From Macrostomum lignano (lineage: Eukaryota): a DNA stretch of 64,000 nucleotides. The notes under the pieces are model-generated. The model had not been told where the DNA came from. It made no database searches and was given only the letters and a program-made list of their open reading frames with translations. Below are positions 58,545 through 64,000 of this stretch, one piece after another. A program made the position numbers and the translations under genes. The first letter of the stretch is position 1, and each line of letters begins with the position of its first letter. The stretch covers positions 62,001 through 126,000 of the forward strand of contig NIVC01000034.1 of the NCBI GenBank assembly GCA_002269645.1. Direction: 5' to 3'.

Positions 58545-61500
58545 CTAGCAATCTTCGCCCCCCTTTGGGGGACATCTGTATAGAACCTCTGTTCTCTACA
58601 AGTAACAAAAAGATAGCCAAAAAAGGCCTTCACAAAGAAAACAGACAAAATACTCAAAGGAAGTGCAATGCAAAAAGAAATCATCCCAAGAAAGCAAGCA
58701 TCCCCCAGATAGCAAGCATCCCCCAGATAGCAAGCATCCCCCAGATAGCAAGCATCCCCCAGATAGCAAGCATCCCCTACATAGATAGCATCCCCAAATA
58801 GCAAGCATCCACCAGACAATAAGTAGCTAGTGCGACAATTTCCTTAGCATTATAGTGGCTCCTTTAAAATTCGCTTACTTTTATGTTTGAAATTGTGTAA
58901 ATTTTATGTTTGACATGGTGGCTGTTTTATGTTCTACATGGCAACTGTTTTATGTTTGAAACGATGGCTTTTTAATGTCAGACATGGTGGCTCTTTTATG
59001 TTTAACATGGTGGCTCTTTTATGTTTGACATGGTGGCTCTTTAATGTTTAACCTGGTGGCTCTTTTATGTTTGAAACAGTGGCTCTTTTATGTTTGACAC
59101 AGTGGCTCTTTAATGTTCGACAAAGTGGCTATTTAATGTTTCAAAAGGATGCTTTTAAATGTTTGACATGGTGCCTCCTTAATGTTCGAAATGGTGGCTC
59201 TTTAATGTTTGACATAAACACACATATATAATTGACATGGTGGCTCTTAAATGTTCGAAATGGTGGCTCTTTAATGTTCGAGAAAGTGGCTCTTTAATGT
59301 TTTTCATGGTGGCTCTTTTATGTTTGACATGGTGGCTCTTTTATGTTTGACATGGTGGCTCTTTTATGTTTGACATGGTGGCTCTTTTAGGTTTGACATG
59401 GTGGCTCTTAAATGTTTGACATGGTGGCTCCTTAATGTTCGACATGGTGGCTCTTTAATATTCTTCATGTTATAGCTCTTTCATGTTTGACATGGTGGCT
59501 CTTTAATGTTCGAAATGGTGGCTCTTTAATGTTCGAAAAGGTGGCTCTTTAATGTTTGACACAAAGTCACATATATGTTTGACATGGTGGCTCTTAAATG
59601 TTTGACATGGTGGCTCTTTATGTTTGACATGTTGGCTGTTTTATGTTTGACATGTTGGCTCTTTTATGTTTGACATGATGGCTCTTTTAGGTTTGACATG
59701 GTGGCTCTTTTATGCTTGATATGGTGGCTCTTTAATGTTTAGCATGGTGACTTTTAATGTTTGACATGGTGGCTCTTTTATGTTTGACATGGTGGCTCTT
59801 TAATGTTCGCCATGGTGGCTCTTTAATGTTCGCCATGGTGGCTCTTTAGTGTTTGACATGGTGGCTCTTTAATGTTCGACATGGTGGCTCTTTAATGTTT
59901 GACATGGTGGCACTTTTATGTTTGACATGGTGGCTTTTTAATGTTCGCCATGGTGGCTCTTTAAAGTTTGACATGGTGGCACTTTTATGTTTGACATGGA
60001 GTCACGTATACGTTTGACATAGTGTCTCTTCAATGTTTGACATGGTGGCTATTTTGTGTTCGACATGATAGCTCTTTAATGTTTGACATGGTAGCTCTTT
60101 AATGTTCGACATGGTAGCTTTTTAATGTTTGACATGTTGGCTCTTTTATGTTTGACATGATGGCTCTTTTAGGTTTGACATGGTGCCTCTTTTATGCTTG
60201 ATATGGTGGCTCTTTAATGTTTAGCATGGTGACTTTTAATGTTTGACATGGTGGCTCTTTAATGTTCGCCATGGTGGCTCTTTAATGTTCGCCATGGTGG
60301 CTCTTTAATGTTTGACATGGTGGCTCTTTAATGTTTGACATGGTAGCTCTTTAATGTTCGACATGGTAGCTTTTTAATGTTTGACATGGTGGCTCTTTTA
60401 TGTTCGACATGGTAGCTTTTTAATGTTTGACATGGTGGCTCTTTTATGTTTGACATGGTGGCTCTTTACTGTGTGAAATAGTGGCTCTTTAATGTTCTAC
60501 ACGGTAACTCTATTATGTCTGATACGGTGGCTTTTTAATGTCTGACATGGTGGCTCTTTAATGTTTAACTTGGTGGCTCTTTTATGTTTGACACGGCGGC
60601 TCTCTAGTGTTTGACAAAGTGGCTATTTAATGTTCGAAATGGTGGCTCTTTAAAGTTTGACATAAAGTCACATATATGTTTGAGATGGTGGCTCTTAAAT
60701 GTTTGACATGGTGGCTCTTAAATGTTTGACATGGTGGCTCTTTAATGTTCTTCATGGTGGCTCTTTAATATTCTACATGGTGGCTCTTTTATGTTTGACA
60801 TGGTGGCTTTTTAATGTTTGACATGGTGGCTCTTTTATGTTTGACATGGTGGCTCTTTACTGTTTGAAATGGTGGCTCTTTAATGTTCTACATGGTAACT
60901 CTTTTATGTTTGATACGGTGGCTTTTTAATGTCTGACATGGTGGCTCTTTTATGTTTGACATTGTGGCTCTTTAATGTTCTTCATGGTGGCTCTTTAATG
61001 TTCTTCATGGTGGCTCCTTAATATTCTACATGTTGGCTCTTTTATGTTCGACATGGTGGCTGTTTTTTGTTCTACATGGTAACTCTTTTATGTTTGATAC
61101 GGTGGCTTTTTAATGTCTGACATGGTGGCTCTTCTATGTTTAACATGGTGGCTCTTCTATGTTTGACACGGTGGCTCTTTAATTTTCGACAAAGTGGCTA
61201 TTTGATGTTCGAAATGGTGGCTCTTTAAAGTTTGACATAAAGTCACATATATGTTTGACATGGTGGCTCTTAAATGTTTGACATGGTGGCTCTTAAATGT
61301 TTGACATGGGGGCTCTTTAATGTTTGACATGGTGGCTCTTAAATGTTTGACATGGTGGCTCTTAAATGTTAGACGTGGTGGCTTGTTTAGGTTTGACATA
61401 GTGGCTCTTCTATGTTTGAAATGGTGGCTTTTTAATCGTTGACATGGAGTCACGTATATGTTTGACATAGTGCTTATTTTATGTTTGACATGGTAACTCT

Positions 61501-62168
61501 TTTATATTCGAAATGTTGGCTCTATAATGTTCGACATGGTGGCTCTTCGTTGTTTGACATTGCGCTTCTATTATGTTTAGCAGTTTTGTTGTGTTTTTAA
61601 GGTGTTTTGATAAAAAAAATCTTTTTGCACTACTAAGATTCGAACCCAGGTCGCTACATTAGCATTCCAGTCTGTTCGCATCTTGGCTATATCTTTCCAA
61701 TTGGAGAACGTGAATTGTGGCCCTTATAATTCAATTCTTACAGCAAGTCAATTGAAGTAAAAAGTTATGACATAATCAATTTCTCAGTCAGCCAGTATCA
61801 GTCTCAATTTGAGTTAGTAATATTGGTTACGCAATTTAAATCAAGTCGTGTGTGCATTTCTTCGGCACTGTTTTCAACTTGTTGTGATGCAATCTTTATC
61901 ACAATCGGAATTCAGCCAGTCAGTTTTTTCTCTAGCATTCTTACAATGAATTTTAGGTCGAAAGAGCTGCTTGACCTTTGCAAAAAGCAGGTTTTTCGAA
62001 TATTTAATCCCTTTAACATTGAGCAATTTCTTAGCCAAGATGCATGTACCGTCCCAGGAAAATTTCTGATCAAATGGTGCAGGTTTGAAGAAAATCGGTT
62101 GAGCCATTTTTTCTGAAATCTATCGCATACCTACCCACATACAGACAACTCATTTTTAGTATATAGGA
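58545..62168 (-). mobile_element. Non-autonomous Helitron-like element filled with a 23-24-bp satellite, copy 1
   Basis: Minus strand ends with hairpin ccccc-aaa-ggggg, about 10 nt, then CTAG|T at 58545; begins TC at 62168; internal (tttgacatggtggctctttaatg)n at about 58900-61560. Confidence 0.7.
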
Positions 62169-64000
62169 CTAGCAATCTTCGCCCCCCGATGGGGGACATC
62201 TGGATAGAATCTCTGTTCTCTACACGGATCAAAAACACATCCAAATAAAGCCTTCACAAAGACAATATACAAACTGCTCAAATGAAGAGCAATGCGAAAA
62301 GAAAACATCCCAAGACAGCATGCAAGCATCCCCCCCAGATAGTAAGCACCCCCAGATAGCAAGCACCCCCCCCCCATAGCAAGCATCCAATTGATAGCAA
62401 GTATCTATCCTTAAATAGCAAGCATCCACCAGACAATAAGTATCTAGTGCAACAATTTTCTTAGCTTTATGGTGGCTTCTTTATGATTGGCATGACGCTT
62501 CTTTTTACGTTTGTAATTGTCTCTTTTATGTTTGACATGGTGGCTCTTTTATGTTTGGCATGGTGGCTCTTTTATGTTTGACATGGTGGCTCTTTAATGT
62601 TTTACATGGTGGGTCTTTAATGTTCGACATGATGGCTCTTTAATGTTTGACATGGTGGCTCTTTAATGTTTGACCTGGTGGCACTTTACTGTCTGCAATG
62701 ATGGCTCTTTAATGTTTGACATGGAGTCACGTATACGCTTGACATGGTGACTCGTTAATGTTCGACATGGTGGCTCTTTAATGTTTTACATGGTGGCTCT
62801 TTTATGTTCGACATGGTGGCTCTTTAACGTTCGATATGGTGGCTCTTTAATGTTCGACATGGAGTCACATATATGTTAGACATGGTGGCTCTTTAATGTT
62901 GGACATGGTGGCTCTTTAATGTTCGACATGGAGTCACATATATGTTGGACATGGTGGCTCTTTAATGTTGGACATGGTGGCTCTTTAATGTTAGACATGG
63001 TGGCTCTTTAAATTTTTTTCATGGTGGCTCTTAAATGTTTGACATGGTGGCTCTTTATTATTTGACATGGTGGCTCTTTAATGTTTGACATGGTGGTTCT
63101 TTAATGTTCGACATGGTGGCTCTTTAATGTTCGACGTGGTGGCTCTTTAATGTTCGACAAAGTGGCTCCTTTATGTTTGACATGGTGGCTCTTTAATGTT
63201 TGACATGGTGGCTCTTTAATGTTTGACATTGTAGCTCTTAAATGTTCGACATGGTGGTTCTTTTACGTTTGACATGGTGGCTCTTTAATGTTTGACATTG
63301 TAGCTCTTAAATGTTCGACATGGTGGTTCTTTTACGTTTGACATGGTGGCTCTTTAATTTTCGACATGTTGGCTCTTTTATGTTTGACATGGTAGCTCTT
63401 TAATTTTCGACAAAGTGGCTCTTTAATGTTTGACATGGTGGCTCGTTAATGTTTGACATGGTAGCTCTTTAATTTTCGACATGTCAGCTCTTTTATGCTT
63501 GACATGGTAGCTCTTTAATGTTCGAAAAAGTGGTTCTTTATTGTTAGACATGGTGGCTCTTTTATGTTTGACATGGTGGCTTTTTCACGTTCGACGTGGT
63601 GGCTCTTTAAAGTTTGACATGGTGGCTTTTTTATGTTTGACATGGTAGCTCTTTAATGTTCGACATGGTGGCTCTTTTAAGTATGACAAAGTGGCTCTTT
63701 AATTTTTGACATGGTGGCTCTTTAATGTTCGACATGTCGGTTCTTTTACGTTTGACATGGTGGCTGTTTAATGTTCGAAAAAGTGGTTCTTTATTGTTAG
63801 ACATGGTGGCTCTTTTATGCTTGACATGGTGGCTTTTTCACGTTCGACGTGGTGGCTCTTTAAAGCTTGACATAGTGGGTTTTTATGTTTGACATGGTAG
63901 CTTTTTAATGTTCGACATGGTGGCTCTTTTAAGTATGACAAAGTGGCTCTTTAATTTTTGACATGGTGGCTCTTTAATGTTTGACATGGTGGCTCTTTAA
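62169..64000 (-). mobile_element. Helitron-like satellite carrier, copy 2 (runs off the window)
   Basis: Same head (actagcaatcttcgcccccc...gggggacatc), hairpin and CTAG end; satellite from about 62520 to the window end. Confidence 0.7.

Overview
Eukaryotic (metazoan) genomic DNA with GT-AG introns, AT-rich spacers and many intronic minisatellites. It looks like a flatworm such as Macrostomum, but that is an impression I cannot verify. The main result is at 1-11323, the 3' part of a single-pass MAM-domain receptor gene whose MAM domain is split over two arrays of interchangeable exons. Cluster A has at least 6 copies (phase 1 to 2) and cluster B has 20 copies (phase 2 to 0, 17 intact). Constant exons for the MAM C-terminus, a transmembrane helix and a PPxY tail follow. 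Exon phases forbid using two exons of one cluster in frame. A 28-nt element upstream of cluster B (3026-3053) is the reverse complement of a motif found mostly 60-90 nt upstream of almost every B exon, and cluster A has its own, different motif at the same spacing. This is a Dscam-like docking-site/selector system for mutually exclusive splicing, giving at least 102 isoforms in a non-immunoglobulin receptor. The rest of the window holds BUD13, a divergent TRP(V)-like channel, SIRT3, MsrB, a secreted PAN/LamG-like protein, a CRAL-TRIO protein, two head-to-head Mx/dynamin-like GTPases, a PAN plus F-type lectin gene and a pseudogene paralog. Mobile DNA includes a SINE, hAT and Tc1/mariner derivatives, a Crypton-like recombinase fragment and tandem Helitron-like satellite carriers. 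All coordinates and alignments were read by eye; repeat edges are approximate.
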